Positions 49,718-64,000 of a stretch of DNA of 64,000 bases are shown piece after piece. Made by a program: the position numbers and the translations under genes. How positions within the stretch are numbered: position 1 is the stretch's first letter; every line of letters begins with the position of its first letter. Below the pieces are notes generated by a model. It had not been told where the DNA came from. It saw only the letters and a list, made by a program, of their open reading frames with translations, and did no database searches. The DNA is from an uncultured cyanobacterium (GTDB lineage Bacteria > Cyanobacteriota > Cyanobacteriia > Cyanobacteriales > Nostocaceae): NCBI GenBank assembly GCA_963740315.1, contig CAVUDP010000002.1, positions 3,392,001-3,456,000 on the forward strand. The letters are read 5' to 3'.

Positions 49718-51184
49718 TCACTCACTACTTTTTTCCAACTTTTTCTGAATTTTGTAATCATTCGGAGGGCTGGTAAAAATGCGATCGCCTTTTTGCAATC
49801 CGGATAATACCTGAGTTTCGTTTCCTACTTGGGAGCCAATTGTGATTTCGCTAAATTTTGCTTTATTGTTTTTATCGGGTACTAATACGCCTGTTTGACC
49901 TTTTTCTGTGACGATCGCAACTGTTGGTACCCATAAGGCGTTGACATCATTGCCTAAAAAGGTCAAGTTTACGTTTAAGCCGGAACGCAGTTTGTCTCGA
50001 CCTGTATTAATTGCAACTCGTACTTGAAATAATGTTACACCTTGTTCGTTGACGGCTTCAGGAGCAATTAAACGAACTTCTCCTTTAAAAACTTCGTCGG
50101 GATAAGCGTCGGCAACGATGTCTACTTGCTGTCCAACTTTGATTTTGCTGATGTCGGCTTCGGGGACGTTTGCTAATATTTCTAATCCTCTTGCAAGGGC
50201 AACTATGGAACTAGATGTGGCTGAGGCGCTGGTAGAAGCGGAAGTTGTAGGCGTAACAAATGCTCCGATATTGGCAAATTTTTGCGTGATAATACCTTGA
50301 AACGGAGCGCGAATAATTGTGTTATCTAGATTTACTTGCTCTGCTTTTAACTGTGCTTGAGCTGCACTAACTGCTGCTGCTGCACTCTCAATTTCTTGTG
50401 GGCGGGAACCACTTTCTAACAACTGCAATTGAGCGCGTGCTTCTGCTACTGCTGCTTCGAGTCGAGCGATTTCTTCAGGGCGACTGCCGCTTTTTAATAA
50501 AGCTAATCTTTTTTGCGCTTCGAGTAAATTGGCTATCGCAGTACTATCTTCGCTCACAAATTGGTCTAATTTGTCTTTTTCAATTGCTCCTTGACTGTAC
50601 AAGCTGCGGTAACGTCTGACTCGTTCGTTACTTAAATCTACTCTCAATCTAGCAGCGTCTACTTGTGCCTGAGCCTGAGCAATTTCTTGGGGACGATTTC
50701 CCGAACGAGCTGCGTCTAATTGAGCTTGTGCTTGTGCTAAACGCGCTTTGGCTTGGCTAATTTCTTGGGGACGGGAACCAGCTTTAGCTTGGTCTAATTT
50801 TGCTTTTTGTTGTGCTAAATTAGCACGAGCTTGTAATATTCTTGCCTGAATATCTGCACTATCCATTCTGGCGAGAATTTGCCCAAGCGTTACTTTGTCG
50901 CCTTGTTCTACATACAATTGGGTAACTGTACCGGGGCTTTTAGGACTAATGTTCACGTTTTGAACTGGCACAATTTTTCCGCTAGCATTCAGGAGTAAAG
51001 TGACGTTTTTTTCTTCAGCAGGAACAGTAATTTCTGTTATGTCTTGTTTGTTTGTCGATCGATTAACAAAAATATAGGTAGTTGTTGCACCAGCAACTAT
51101 AACTCCTGCTGCAAATAAAGCAAATAACCAACGAGGTAATCGTTTAACTTTACCGATTACGGGAATTTCTATGGGTGTAGCCAT
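49718..51184 (-). CDS. Membrane fusion protein (MacA/HlyD family)
   Basis: TM helix, repeated GSRPQEI coils, IRAPFQG. Confidence 0.9.
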   Translation of the reverse strand: MATPIEIPVIGKVKRLPRWLFALFAAGVIVAGATTTYIFVNRSTNKQDITEITVPAEEKNVTLLLNASGKIVPVQNVNISPKSPGTVTQLYVEQGDKVTLGQILARMDSADIQARILQARANLAQQKAKLDQAKAGSRPQEISQAKARLAQAQAQLDAARSGNRPQEIAQAQAQVDAARLRVDLSNERVRRYRSLYSQGAIEKDKLDQFVSEDSTAIANLLEAQKRLALLKSGSRPEEIARLEAAVAEARAQLQLLESGSRPQEIESAAAAVSAAQAQLKAEQVNLDNTIIRAPFQGIITQKFANIGAFVTPTTSASTSASATSSSIVALARGLEILANVPEADISKIKVGQQVDIVADAYPDEVFKGEVRLIAPEAVNEQGVTLFQVRVAINTGRDKLRSGLNVNLTFLGNDVNALWVPTVAIVTEKGQTGVLVPDKNNKAKFSEITIGSQVGNETQVLSGLQKGDRIFTSPPNDYKIQKKLEKSSE

Positions 51185-51505
51185 AAAGCAGCGATAAATA
51201 TTGTCAGAAGTTTGGGTAAGGTAGAGTGGGATATGCCGTATCCGGAACTGATAGTTTGAAGCAAAGTCTTACCGTTAAGATGTTTGGTTTGCCTGGATGT
51301 AAACCAATATTTAACTATTTACCTTCGCGCGAGGCATTTCATATCAAATGAAAAAGATACTTTCTCGATGACGGTTTGTATTTGTTTAGCTTCTTTTATA
51401 GTAACCTTTTGGGTTTACATATGACTTCACCATTGGGGGTGACTTTAGTCATGACTAATTAGTCCCCTCAGTGCAATGTAACTTAAATGTATTCGGACGC
51501 AACAA

Positions 51506-52510
51506 ATGTACGATACGGAAAGACAAATGACTGAAAAATTTAGCTGTCATCAACAGCCCAGATGGTTTAAGCTATCTGAAAGATTCTTTAATAATATGTG
51601 GCAAAGAGGCGGTAGTGTGCCTAAACGAATTGGATTAATTTCTTTTCTATTTCTGTGTAGCTTTTTAAGCGTATCTCCCAAGGTAAATGCCCAAGCATTA
51701 GTACCTCACACCGTGCAACTTGATGCAGCAAAGTTAGAACAACAAGGGTTAGTTCTAGCGCAGGAAGCCGCACAACTTGCACAATTTCGTCAGTTTGATT
51801 TGGCAATGCCACGCGCACGTCTGGCTACTCAACTTGCTCCCAACAGTGACAAAGTATGGTTTCTTTTGGGGGGATTATATTTACAATCCAAAGAGCTTGA
51901 TAAAGCCATTACTTCTTTAGAAAAAGCACAGAGACTTAATGCTAAAAATGCCGAGACTTACTTTGCTTTAGGTTCTGCTTATTTTCAACAGCAAAAATAC
52001 CCATCGGCAATTGAGCAATACAAAGCCGGTTTAAAGATAAATCCTAAAGACCCAGAAGGGTTATTTGATTTAGGCAATGCTTACTATATGCTGGGTAAAT
52101 TACCTCAAGCTGTTATCGAGTACAAAAGGTCTATTGTTTACAAGCAAGATTTTTGGCCTGCTGTTAACAACATTGGATTAATTATGTACGAACAAGGTGA
52201 TATCAAAAATGCTATAAATCAATGGCAGCAAGCTATTACTAAAGCTAACAATGTTAAACAACCAGCCGCAGAACCTCAGTTGGCACTAGCTGTTGCTTTA
52301 TACACTAGAGGCAGTAAAGCCGATCGCCAAAGAGGTTTGGCAATTGGTTCCGCTGCCCTCAAGCTCGACGAACGTTATGCTAATTTAGATTTTCTCAAGG
52401 AAAATCTTTGGGGTAATCGTTTACTGTCTGATACCAAAAAGTTTCTAGAATTACCTAGTATTCAAGCTGCCTTAAATGAACAACCCCTTGGAGAACCTGC
52501 CGGACAATAG
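51506..52510 (+). CDS. TPR-repeat protein (true start probably GTG near 51617)
   Basis: Multiple TPR consensus repeats after a signal-like segment. Confidence 0.85.
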   Translation: MYDTERQMTEKFSCHQQPRWFKLSERFFNNMWQRGGSVPKRIGLISFLFLCSFLSVSPKVNAQALVPHTVQLDAAKLEQQGLVLAQEAAQLAQFRQFDLAMPRARLATQLAPNSDKVWFLLGGLYLQSKELDKAITSLEKAQRLNAKNAETYFALGSAYFQQQKYPSAIEQYKAGLKINPKDPEGLFDLGNAYYMLGKLPQAVIEYKRSIVYKQDFWPAVNNIGLIMYEQGDIKNAINQWQQAITKANNVKQPAAEPQLALAVALYTRGSKADRQRGLAIGSAALKLDERYANLDFLKENLWGNRLLSDTKKFLELPSIQAALNEQPLGEPAGQ

Positions 52511-52695
52511 TTTCAAATTCAGTAAGATTAATAGCGGCATTGGTATTTTTTTTACCGCTACTCAGTTTGCTCGCTATTAATGTGAACCCGATCGCTATTG
52601 CTTAAAAGTGCATCTAATAGTACATATATATTGTGAAGGTCAGCAGTAGCCCAGCTATTTTGATGGGCGACTGATACCTTCGGGTATTGTTTATT

Positions 52696-53106
52696 TTAAG
52701 AAGCGTTGTTGTCTTTGGGAAGTAGGGCGATGATTTGTTCAACAAACTGTTGGTGATCTACCACAGGTTTAGAAATATAACCATCAGCGCCACTTTGTTT
52801 AAGAAAACTTTCGCGATCGCCTTCCATTGCGTGGGCTGTGACCAAGATAATAGGTAATGTTGCTGTTTGGGGGTCAGATTTCAACATTTGTGTAATCTTG
52901 ATACCATCAACAGATTTACCTTCGTAAACGCTTCTAGAGAGAGAAACATCCATCAAAATAATATCTGCTTCTTTGGCTTGGGCAATTTTCATTACTTCGT
53001 CTACATTTTCAGTGTGTTTAACATCTAAACCTCCGCGTTTGGTTAAAATTTTGGAAAAAACGCGGGCATTAACAAGATCGTCTTCGACAATCAAAACAGT
53101 TTTCAT
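52696..53106 (-). CDS. Single-domain response regulator (DivK-like)
   Basis: VEDD, LMDVSL, VTAHAMEGDRE, YISKP. Confidence 0.9.
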   Translation of the reverse strand: MKTVLIVEDDLVNARVFSKILTKRGGLDVKHTENVDEVMKIAQAKEADIILMDVSLSRSVYEGKSVDGIKITQMLKSDPQTATLPIILVTAHAMEGDRESFLKQSGADGYISKPVVDHQQFVEQIIALLPKDNNAS

Positions 53107-53353
53107 AGGAATAAATCACGCTTTCATGTGTGGGGGATAGACAATTGAAGATAGCACGCGGTTCTGCTTGTCTAAATTCAAAAAATTAATTTGTATCCTT
53201 GTCAACAATGTCAACAAGGATAATACTACCGTTGTAAGGAAGACATTAATATCAAGATTTTGTGATGCATGGGATTTCATTCGTTATAAGTAAGGTTACT
53301 GCTTTTATTGGTTACGACAATATTTGTGTAGTTAAAGTTCAGGGAAAAAACTC

Positions 53354-55858
53354 ATGGCAAAACAGTTAAACCTTCTCTCGACGGGACAGGTAATCACTAC
53401 AGCCTTGCATACGGAAATGCAAAGGTCTTATCTTGAATATGCCATGAGTGTAATCGTGGGGCGGGCGTTACCCGATGTACGCGATGGCTTAAAGCCGGTT
53501 CATCGGCGTATTTTGTACGCCATGCACGAACTCGGTTTAACTCCGGATAGACCTTATAGAAAATGCGCTCGTGTCGTTGGAGACGTGCTGGGTAAATATC
53601 ACCCCCACGGCGACCAATCGGTTTATGATGCTTTAGTGCGTTTAGTACAGACATTTTCTTGCCGTTATCCTTTGTTGGGAGGACACGGAAACTTTGGTAG
53701 TGTAGATAACGATCCTCCAGCGGCAATGCGCTACACGGAGACTCGTCTGGCACCTATTAGCCATGAGGGAATGCTCGCCGAAATTGGCGAAGAAACGGTA
53801 GATTTTATCGGTAACTTTGATAATTCTCAGCAGGAACCAACAGTTTTACCCGCGCAGCTACCGTTTTTATTGCTTAATGGTTGTGCCGGGATTGCTGTGG
53901 GAATGGCTACGAATATTCCACCGCATAATTTAGGCGAAGTAGTTGATGGGTTGATTGCTTTAATTGACAACCCCGAACTGTCTGACGAAAAATTATTTAA
54001 AATTATTCCCGGACCTGATTTTCCTACTGGTGGGGAAATTGTTGGAAAAGATGGTATTCGCGAAGCATACACCACGGGTAAAGGTGGTATTTTATTGCGC
54101 GGAGTTGCGAACATCGAGGAAGTTCCTACCGGACGTGGTAACAAACGACGCACCGCAATTGTAATTACAGAATTACCTTATCAAGTAAATAAGGCAGGTT
54201 GGATTGAAAAAGTTGCCGATTCAGTCAATCAAGGGCGGTTAACGGGAATTGCTGACATCCGCGATGAAAGCGATCGCGATGGAATGCGCGTAGTTATTGA
54301 GTTAAAGCGCGATGCTACTCCAGCGGAAGTTTTGTATTATTTGTATCACCAAACTGCGCTGCAAACTACTTTTGGGGCAATTCTTTTAGGGATAATTAAC
54401 GGACAACCGCGCCAGTTAAGTTTGCGTCAATTGCTGCAAGAGTTTTTGGATTTCCGCGAACAAACTCTCAACCGTCGCTACTCTTATGAATTAGGTAAAG
54501 CAGAAAGTCGGCTGCATCTGGTATCGGGTTTACTTACCGCACTTTCCCAAGTAGATGAAGTTATCGAAATTTTGCGACAGGCTCCCGATGGTTCTACTGC
54601 TAAAGTTAACCTTGTAAGTAGACTGGAATTAAGTGAGGTACAGGCAGATGAAATTTTAGCTATGCCTTTACGTCGTCTTACTGGTATGGAGCGACAAAAG
54701 TTAGAGCAAGAGTCCGAAGAACTTGAAACCAGAATTAATACGTTACGTAAGTTACTCAACGATCGCAAAGAATTACTTAAAAGTCTTAAAAAAGATTTGC
54801 GGAGTTTAAAACGCTCTTATAACGATAAGCGACGTAGTAAATTTGTAGAAAAGCCAGATAATAAAGCATTTGCCCGACAGAAGAATAAAGATAAAAATGC
54901 TAAATCCAAACTTGAGAGTATAGAATTACAGGTACCCGTTGAAGATGTAGTATTAGAATTTTCGCAACGCGGCTACGTGCGACGCACTAGTTCATCTGCA
55001 AAAAACAGTGGAAAGACAAACGGAATTCCAGATTACGATTTCATTATTCAATCATCGTTTACTGATACGCTTAAAGACTTACTAGTTGTAACTAGCGGTG
55101 GTAAAGTTTACCCGTTACAGGTAAAAGATATTCCTCCTACAACTGGGCGATCTGCGCGGGGAACACCGTTAATTACTTTGTTAACATCGACAGCTCAAAG
55201 CCAAAACGAATCTATTGTCAGTCGTTTTGTAATTCCAGAAAATGCAACTAATACAGATGTAGTTCTTTTAACCAAACAAGGACGTATAAAACGTTTATCG
55301 ACAGAAGAATTGATTAATATAACTCGTCGTGGAGTTACTATTATAAAACTCAAGGATAATGACGAATTGTTATTAACTCAGTTTGTTAATAAGGGCGAAC
55401 ATTTAATTTTAGCTAGTTCCGGTGGCAGACTACTACATTTTGAGGTGAATGATGCCCAACTTCCCTGCATGGGGCGTACTGCTGTTGGTTTACAGGCATT
55501 GCGCGTAGGTAGACAACATCAGATAGTTGGCTGTACAAGCTTTAGTAAAAATCATAACTTGTTGTTGGTTACTCAATCCGGATATGCCAAACAACTTAAT
55601 GCAAGTAAGTTGAAATTAGCCAATCGCGGCGATTTGGGCGCTCAAGCATTTAAGTTCGATCCACCAACCGATAACCTTGCAGGTATAGCATTAGTTAAAC
55701 CGGAAACTGAAATAGCGCTTGTCACGAGCAATCAACGAGTAGTACGTTTGGATGGAGAAAGCGTACCTTTATTAAATAAAAATGATAAAGGCGAGCAGGT
55801 TGTAGAACTCAGCCGCGATGAAAAAATTGTTACCGTTCACGAAATTGCACGCGAATAA
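53354..55858 (+). CDS. DNA gyrase/topoisomerase IV subunit A family protein
   Basis: [25 protein letters not shown] catalytic Tyr, C-terminal pinwheel repeats; gyrA versus parC-like paralog not resolved. Confidence 0.93.
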   Translation: MAKQLNLLSTGQVITTALHTEMQRSYLEYAMSVIVGRALPDVRDGLKPVHRRILYAMHELGLTPDRPYRKCARVVGDVLGKYHPHGDQSVYDALVRLVQTFSCRYPLLGGHGNFGSVDNDPPAAMRYTETRLAPISHEGMLAEIGEETVDFIGNFDNSQQEPTVLPAQLPFLLLNGCAGIAVGMATNIPPHNLGEVVDGLIALIDNPELSDEKLFKIIPGPDFPTGGEIVGKDGIREAYTTGKGGILLRGVANIEEVPTGRGNKRRTAIVITELPYQVNKAGWIEKVADSVNQGRLTGIADIRDESDRDGMRVVIELKRDATPAEVLYYLYHQTALQTTFGAILLGIINGQPRQLSLRQLLQEFLDFREQTLNRRYSYELGKAESRLHLVSGLLTALSQVDEVIEILRQAPDGSTAKVNLVSRLELSEVQADEILAMPLRRLTGMERQKLEQESEELETRINTLRKLLNDRKELLKSLKKDLRSLKRSYNDKRRSKFVEKPDNKAFARQKNKDKNAKSKLESIELQVPVEDVVLEFSQRGYVRRTSSSAKNSGKTNGIPDYDFIIQSSFTDTLKDLLVVTSGGKVYPLQVKDIPPTTGRSARGTPLITLLTSTAQSQNESIVSRFVIPENATNTDVVLLTKQGRIKRLSTEELINITRRGVTIIKLKDNDELLLTQFVNKGEHLILASSGGRLLHFEVNDAQLPCMGRTAVGLQALRVGRQHQIVGCTSFSKNHNLLLVTQSGYAKQLNASKLKLANRGDLGAQAFKFDPPTDNLAGIALVKPETEIALVTSNQRVVRLDGESVPLLNKNDKGEQVVELSRDEKIVTVHEIARE

Positions 55859-56027
55859 TAATTCGGTTCGTAGTAAGGAATACGCCTTCTAACAAATATT
55901 GGGTTAAAACCCTTACTACAAACTTTTTTACTTTTTATAAATAATATGGTTGATCTTAATATCGTAAAGCTCTACTAATGTCAACATATTGTTATATTTA
56001 TTTTGTAAACAATTGTATCTATTAAAA

Positions 56028-56310
56028 TATAGCGGTTTTCAGTTGGATGCAATACAGTAACCACAAAGTTGGAACCAACCAAAAATATCGTTTAAACAAC
56101 AGTTTCCGCCATCTTTTGCGATCGCTTTATTTACATCCAAATAAGTTCTCGTTTCTTGTGAACGTAAAAATTCTTTAACTTTTGACCAAAAATTCTCATC
56201 CGCCTTCGCCGGGGCGTAGCCCTACAGGGAAAAATCTGGGAAATAAGGTGATAAACAAATATTATTAGCGCCAGCAGAATCAATCGCTTATGGAGATACA
56301 TAATTATTAA
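56028..56310 (-). mobile_element. IS630-family transposase remnant with terminal sequence
   Basis: Minus strand reads LSPYFPDF..ENFWSKVKEFLRS..GWFQLCGYC; the end TATAGCGGTTTTCAGTTG resembles IS630-type ends; interrupted by a GC-rich mini-insert near 56199-56225. Confidence 0.7.
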
Positions 56311-56690
56311 GACGGTTGCATCATTATTTTCTTCTACTAATTTTTAAAAAATAAGATAATGTTCTTCCTTTATCTTGGCTAGATTACCAATTTTATGTAG
56401 TAATGTTTCTACAGGGAAATGTATCTAAATAATAACCTATTAATCTTTGTATAAAACTGAGACTTACATAGAGTTTGGCAAGTTCTGGATAGGAACCTTC
56501 TCTAAAATCGGAAAGAATGAATAATTTTTTGGCGTAGGTTTTAGTCCTAAGCTTTCATAAGAAAATCATTGGTACACCCCTGGTTTTATTTAAGGGTGTT
56601 TGTATTCTACTCAACTTTAAAATGCTCTAAATATTCTATAATATTACAAAAGGTAAAGAATAATTAGAAATTCAGCTTGGAGTAGTGATT

Positions 56691-56870
56691 ATGATAGATT
56701 CAACTAAAACGCCTATTGCAACACTTGAAGAACGTAATGCTTGGCGCTGGGGCTTTACTCCTCAAGCAGAAATTTGGAACGGTCGTTTAGCAATGATTGG
56801 TTTTTTAGCTGCTGCTTTGATTGAACTTTTTTCTGGTAAAGGTTTTTTACACTTCTGGGGTATCCTTTAA
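56691..56870 (+). CDS. High light inducible protein (HLIP)
   Basis: [19 protein letters not shown] chlorophyll-binding motif. Confidence 0.93.
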   Translation: MIDSTKTPIATLEERNAWRWGFTPQAEIWNGRLAMIGFLAAALIELFSGKGFLHFWGIL

Positions 56871-57003
56871 CATTCTCACCGGGCTAAAGCTAGGTGAATC
56901 TAAAAACAAAAAAGCCGTCATATGAGGACGGGGCTTTAAACCTACTGGAGTTTGATAAGTTTTTAATCATAGGATATTAAAAATTTAAATTTATTTTAGA
57001 AAT

Positions 57004-57041
57004 AAAGACCTGAGAGACAATTAGTACTCTCAGGTCTTTTT
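57004..57041. terminator. Bidirectional rho-independent terminator
   Basis: AAAGACCTGAGAG...CTCTCAGGTCTTT between convergent hli and sigA. Confidence 0.8.
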
Positions 57042-57094
57042 ATAGTCGCTTGTTATTAACCAATAATGACAAACGACCGAGTAAAAATAATTTA

Positions 57095-58270
57095 CTAGCG
57101 AATATATTCTTTAAGAACGCTGTTACGATTGGGGTGGCGCAACTTACGAAGCGCTTTTGCTTCAATCTGACGAATACGTTCGCGAGTTACGTTAAAAATT
57201 TGTCCAATCTCTTCAAGAGTTTTCATGCGACCATCGTCTAAACCATAGCGCAGTCTGAGAACATCGCGTTCGCGAGGGCTGAGACTATCTAAGACTTTTT
57301 CGAGGTCTTCGCGTAATAAACTCTTAGAAACTTGGTCTTCTGGTGTTTCGCCATCCGATTCAATAAAGTCACCCAAACGGGAATCTTCTTCTTTACCGAT
57401 GGGAGTTTCTAAAGAAATTGGTAGCTGAGCGGATTTAGCGATAAATCTCAGCTTTTCAATAGTCATCTCCATACGAGTAGCTATTTCTTCCTCAGTGGGT
57501 TTGCGTCCCATTTCTTGAGAAAGTAGCTTGGTAGTTTTCTTAATGCGAGAGATGGTTTCGTAAAGGTGAACTGGTAGACGAATCGTCCGAGATTGATCGG
57601 CGATCGCACGAGTGATAGCCTGACGAATCCACCATGTAGCGTAGGTAGAAAACTTATAACCTTTTTCGTGATCGAACTTTTCCGCAGCGCGAATCAAACC
57701 AAGACTACCTTCCTGAATCAAATCTTGGAAAGATAAGCCGCGATTCATGTATTTCTTAGCAATCGAAACTACAAGGCGCAGGTTGGATTGAACCATTTTG
57801 TCTTTCGCCCTACGTCCGACGTGAAGGCGATAGCGGAATTTTTGCAAGGGTAATTGTACCGCTTCTGCCCATTCGCTCTCTTGGGGTTGGCGTTCCAACT
57901 GCTGCACGAGTCTGTCGCCTACTCTTTCCAATTCAAGCAAATCGGCAATTTTACGTGCCAATTCAATTTCTTCGTCTGCTCGTAGAAGGCGAATTCTACC
58001 AATTTCCTGTAAATACAGGCGAATCGAATCTTCTGTGTAGTGCTTTTTCTTTGCTTGAGTCCGACGACGACCTTTAGCAGCTTTTGCTGTCTTTGCTACG
58101 GTACCAGATGCAGATCCTGTAAATTCTTCCTCTTCGCCTTCAGTAGTAACTAAATCTTCTTCGTCGTCTTCATCTTCTTCGATTAAGAGTTCTAACTCCA
58201 TCTCGGGCGGATTTATCACTCCGAGGTTCGGTTGATAAATATTTTCGAGTACGTTGTTAGCCTGGTTCAT
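57095..58270 (-). CDS. sigA: Principal RNA polymerase sigma factor
   Basis: [59 protein letters not shown]; acidic N-terminus. Confidence 0.96.
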   Translation of the reverse strand: MNQANNVLENIYQPNLGVINPPEMELELLIEEDEDDEEDLVTTEGEEEEFTGSASGTVAKTAKAAKGRRRTQAKKKHYTEDSIRLYLQEIGRIRLLRADEEIELARKIADLLELERVGDRLVQQLERQPQESEWAEAVQLPLQKFRYRLHVGRRAKDKMVQSNLRLVVSIAKKYMNRGLSFQDLIQEGSLGLIRAAEKFDHEKGYKFSTYATWWIRQAITRAIADQSRTIRLPVHLYETISRIKKTTKLLSQEMGRKPTEEEIATRMEMTIEKLRFIAKSAQLPISLETPIGKEEDSRLGDFIESDGETPEDQVSKSLLREDLEKVLDSLSPRERDVLRLRYGLDDGRMKTLEEIGQIFNVTRERIRQIEAKALRKLRHPNRNSVLKEYIR

Positions 58271-59851
58271 GCCGCGTTCCTCATGCTCCTTGCAGAATCA
58301 ATTATTCTAGGTGGTGTTTTCCGTGCTTAGTGCTGTTAGCTATACAGCCAATTGACGTTTCTATTAATCAAAGGGCGATCGCCCGCTTTTCAACTTCCGT
58401 TTTTAAGTTTCACTCATTAGTCACAGTTTCCTGTTTGAACTAATACCCCTAGTTACAAAATTTAGACAACAAGCTGCTTATTCCCAGGGCGGGAAACCGC
58501 GTTGCATAAATTAAGTAATACGAAGAAGGTGAGTCACTTATAACGTTGTGAAAAGTTAACACCATGATTAATATCGTTACTTAAAACTTTCGACTTGATT
58601 TGGGAAAAATTAAACTTTCCGGTTATCAACTTACTCATTACATATAAAGTAATACGACTTGGGTAAGATTTTCCAGAAAGACTGTTCCGATTGTAGCCTG
58701 TTTCACAGAAATTGCACTATCATCATGCCGTATCCATAAAGTTATAGACTTGTTAATGGTCTGTTTTAGCAAAAACACCTTGAAGACTGTAGGTATATTG
58801 TGTAATTTTTTTCTAAATTTACAGAAATTACACAGTCTTTTCAATGTAAAAGAACTTGGATACACCTGAGTTTTATTTAATATAAGGTGTTATTTGCAAC
58901 ATAGTTAACCGCTCAATTACCAGTACTTTATAATTCTGAATGAATTTAAGTGATAATTTATCGCGACTGCTGCGTCCTTGGAGTACTTTGTTAAAAAACA
59001 TCCTCTCCTAAAAGCTTGAAATACGCAGAATCCAAACACTTTTTATCCTCAGATGAAAACATGTTTTGATAGGACAAAATCGTAAGTAACAAGACTTATA
59101 CCTTGGATTGGGTTTTTTTGGCTAGAAAGTACAAACAAATTGCAACATTACTCTTTCAAGCTTTGCAACCCGGTTGATTAAATCCATTCGCTTATAACTA
59201 CACCTTAGCGCACCATTCAAATTTCAGCCTTAAGATTCTTGACAAAATTTTATTGATTGATACATCGATATTCTAATCAATTTCATTCGAGTTTGACCTT
59301 TAAAATCATCGACTTAACACTTATTTAACACCCTTATTGCATAGAACAATTGCACAATTTGTCACAAGAAGCCATCTCAGTAAAAGACAGTATACTTTAC
59401 AATGCGGTTTTTTTTTATTCCCTGAGAAATAATTTTAGTTCTGTAGGAATTTGAACTCAGTAATATATACTCAAAACCTGCCTTAAGTAAGATAGTTTTA
59501 AAAAACTATAAAGGTATTATGCTCGATATTCTGTTCATTTTTCACTTTACCTCTTCCGGAAGATTGACAATTTTACTGTTTTGCCTTTTTAATATAAGGT
59601 TTGAAAAAATTATGTTGTGCGATTATAGTCATTAAGTCAAGGAAACTACATATAGTAGTTTTTCTAGAATAGAAGTATAAATTATAATTTATATATTGGA
59701 ATAGTAAAGCAGTGATTTTTTTTTAAGCATAACTATAGAGGGTTGGATTTATTTTTATTGACAATAAAAAGCGATCGGTAATTTAAAGCTGGTAAAAGCT
59801 ACAAAACGATCGCTAATAATAAATAATTTGGAACTTGAAATAAAGTAGATA

Positions 59852-63217
<3,366 letters not shown>

Positions 63218-63526
63218 TCATAGGGTTAAACCCAAACAAAATAATCGTATCGACCCTAAATTTTACTCTTATGAGTATTGATAAGTAGCTTCTATAACTG
63301 CAAATAAAGGCTTTGACACAAGAGGGCGGTTAAGAGAAAAATAGTAGATAAAGGATTATAAATTAAAACTTGAAAGTTAAAAATTATTTCTTTTTGTTTT
63401 TAGATTGAAGTTTGGGTTATATCTCTTGAAAAATAAGGAAGTGGGGATTAGCGAGTAGGGAGTAGGGAAGAGAATCTAAAATCTAAAAAAACGCATCCGT
63501 TGTTAAAATCCAAAATCCAAAATCGA

Positions 63527-64000
63527 ATGACCAAGTTAATAGTAATTTGTGGTGCGACAGCAACTGGTAAATCCGGATTAGCTTTGGCTTTAGCTCAACG
63601 CTGTAATTCCATCATAATTAGTGCTGATTCTCGCCAAGTATACCGAGAATTCAACATCGGAACTGCGAAACCCACGATTGAAGAACAAAATTTAGTACCC
63701 CATTACTTAATTGATATATGCAATCCAACTGATACAATGACGGTTGCTGACTATCAACAACAAGCACAAAGGATTTTAGGTCAAAGCTTAGAGGTTAAAG
63801 GTCAAAGCTTAGAGGTTAAAGGTCAAAGCTTAGAGGTTAAAGGTCAAAGCTTAGAAGTTGTTCCTGTTGTCCCCCTATCTCCCTATCTCCCCATCCCCTC
63901 ATCTCCCCATCCTCCCACCTTCTTAGTCGGTGGTACTGGATTGTATATTAAATCAATCGTGCGCGGAATGAAAATTCCTAGAGTTGCACCCCAAATGGAA
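63527..64000 (+). CDS. miaA: tRNA dimethylallyltransferase (3' truncated by window; absent from ORF track)
   Basis: Manual translation: MTKLIVICGATATGKS, SADSRQVY, GTAKP, VPHYLID, LVGGTGLYI. Confidence 0.93.
   Translation, partial: MTKLIVICGATATGKSGLALALAQRCNSIIISADSRQVYREFNIGTAKPTIEEQNLVPHYLIDICNPTDTMTVADYQQQAQRILGQSLEVKGQSLEVKGQSLEVKGQSLEVVPVVPLSPYLPIPSSPHPPTFLVGGTGLYIKSIVRGMKIPRVAPQME

Overview
AT-rich chromosomal window from a filamentous cyanobacterium, most likely heterocyst-forming Nostocales and plausibly Rivulariaceae. This is an inference from dense HIP1 octamers (GCGATCGC), heptamer/nonamer STRR tandem repeats, an HCP/CTDH pair, hli, Tab2 and sigA. Most of the window is housekeeping or typical cyanobacterial content: Ser/Thr kinase, bcp, RND and MacAB-type exporters, fghA, ftsE, a partner-switching cluster, queG, dinB, a GyrA/ParC-family subunit, sigA, gyrB with a 435-aa HNH intein, and the 5' part of miaA. 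The best candidate for an undescribed system is at 4154-7167 (minus strand). An ~85-nt GC-rich structured RNA, whose terminal stem carries a single bulged C like the Ro60-binding stem of Y RNAs, lies upstream of a helical+vWA (TROVE/Ro-like?) gene and an ARPP-2-like/Fis-HTH gene. Other notable items: an intact IscB element whose omegaRNA carries a 25-nt mobile mini-repeat; an orphan protein fusing a ClpB middle-domain-like segment to a Ser-less ACP-like domain; a PEP-CTERM gene bracketed by two remnants of one gene; modular MITE-like elements with different palindromic cores; and in-frame repeat insertions in miaA, an RND pump and a PP2C phosphatase. No rRNA, tRNA or CRISPR array was recognised. 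All family assignments are from motif recognition by eye; no searches were run.
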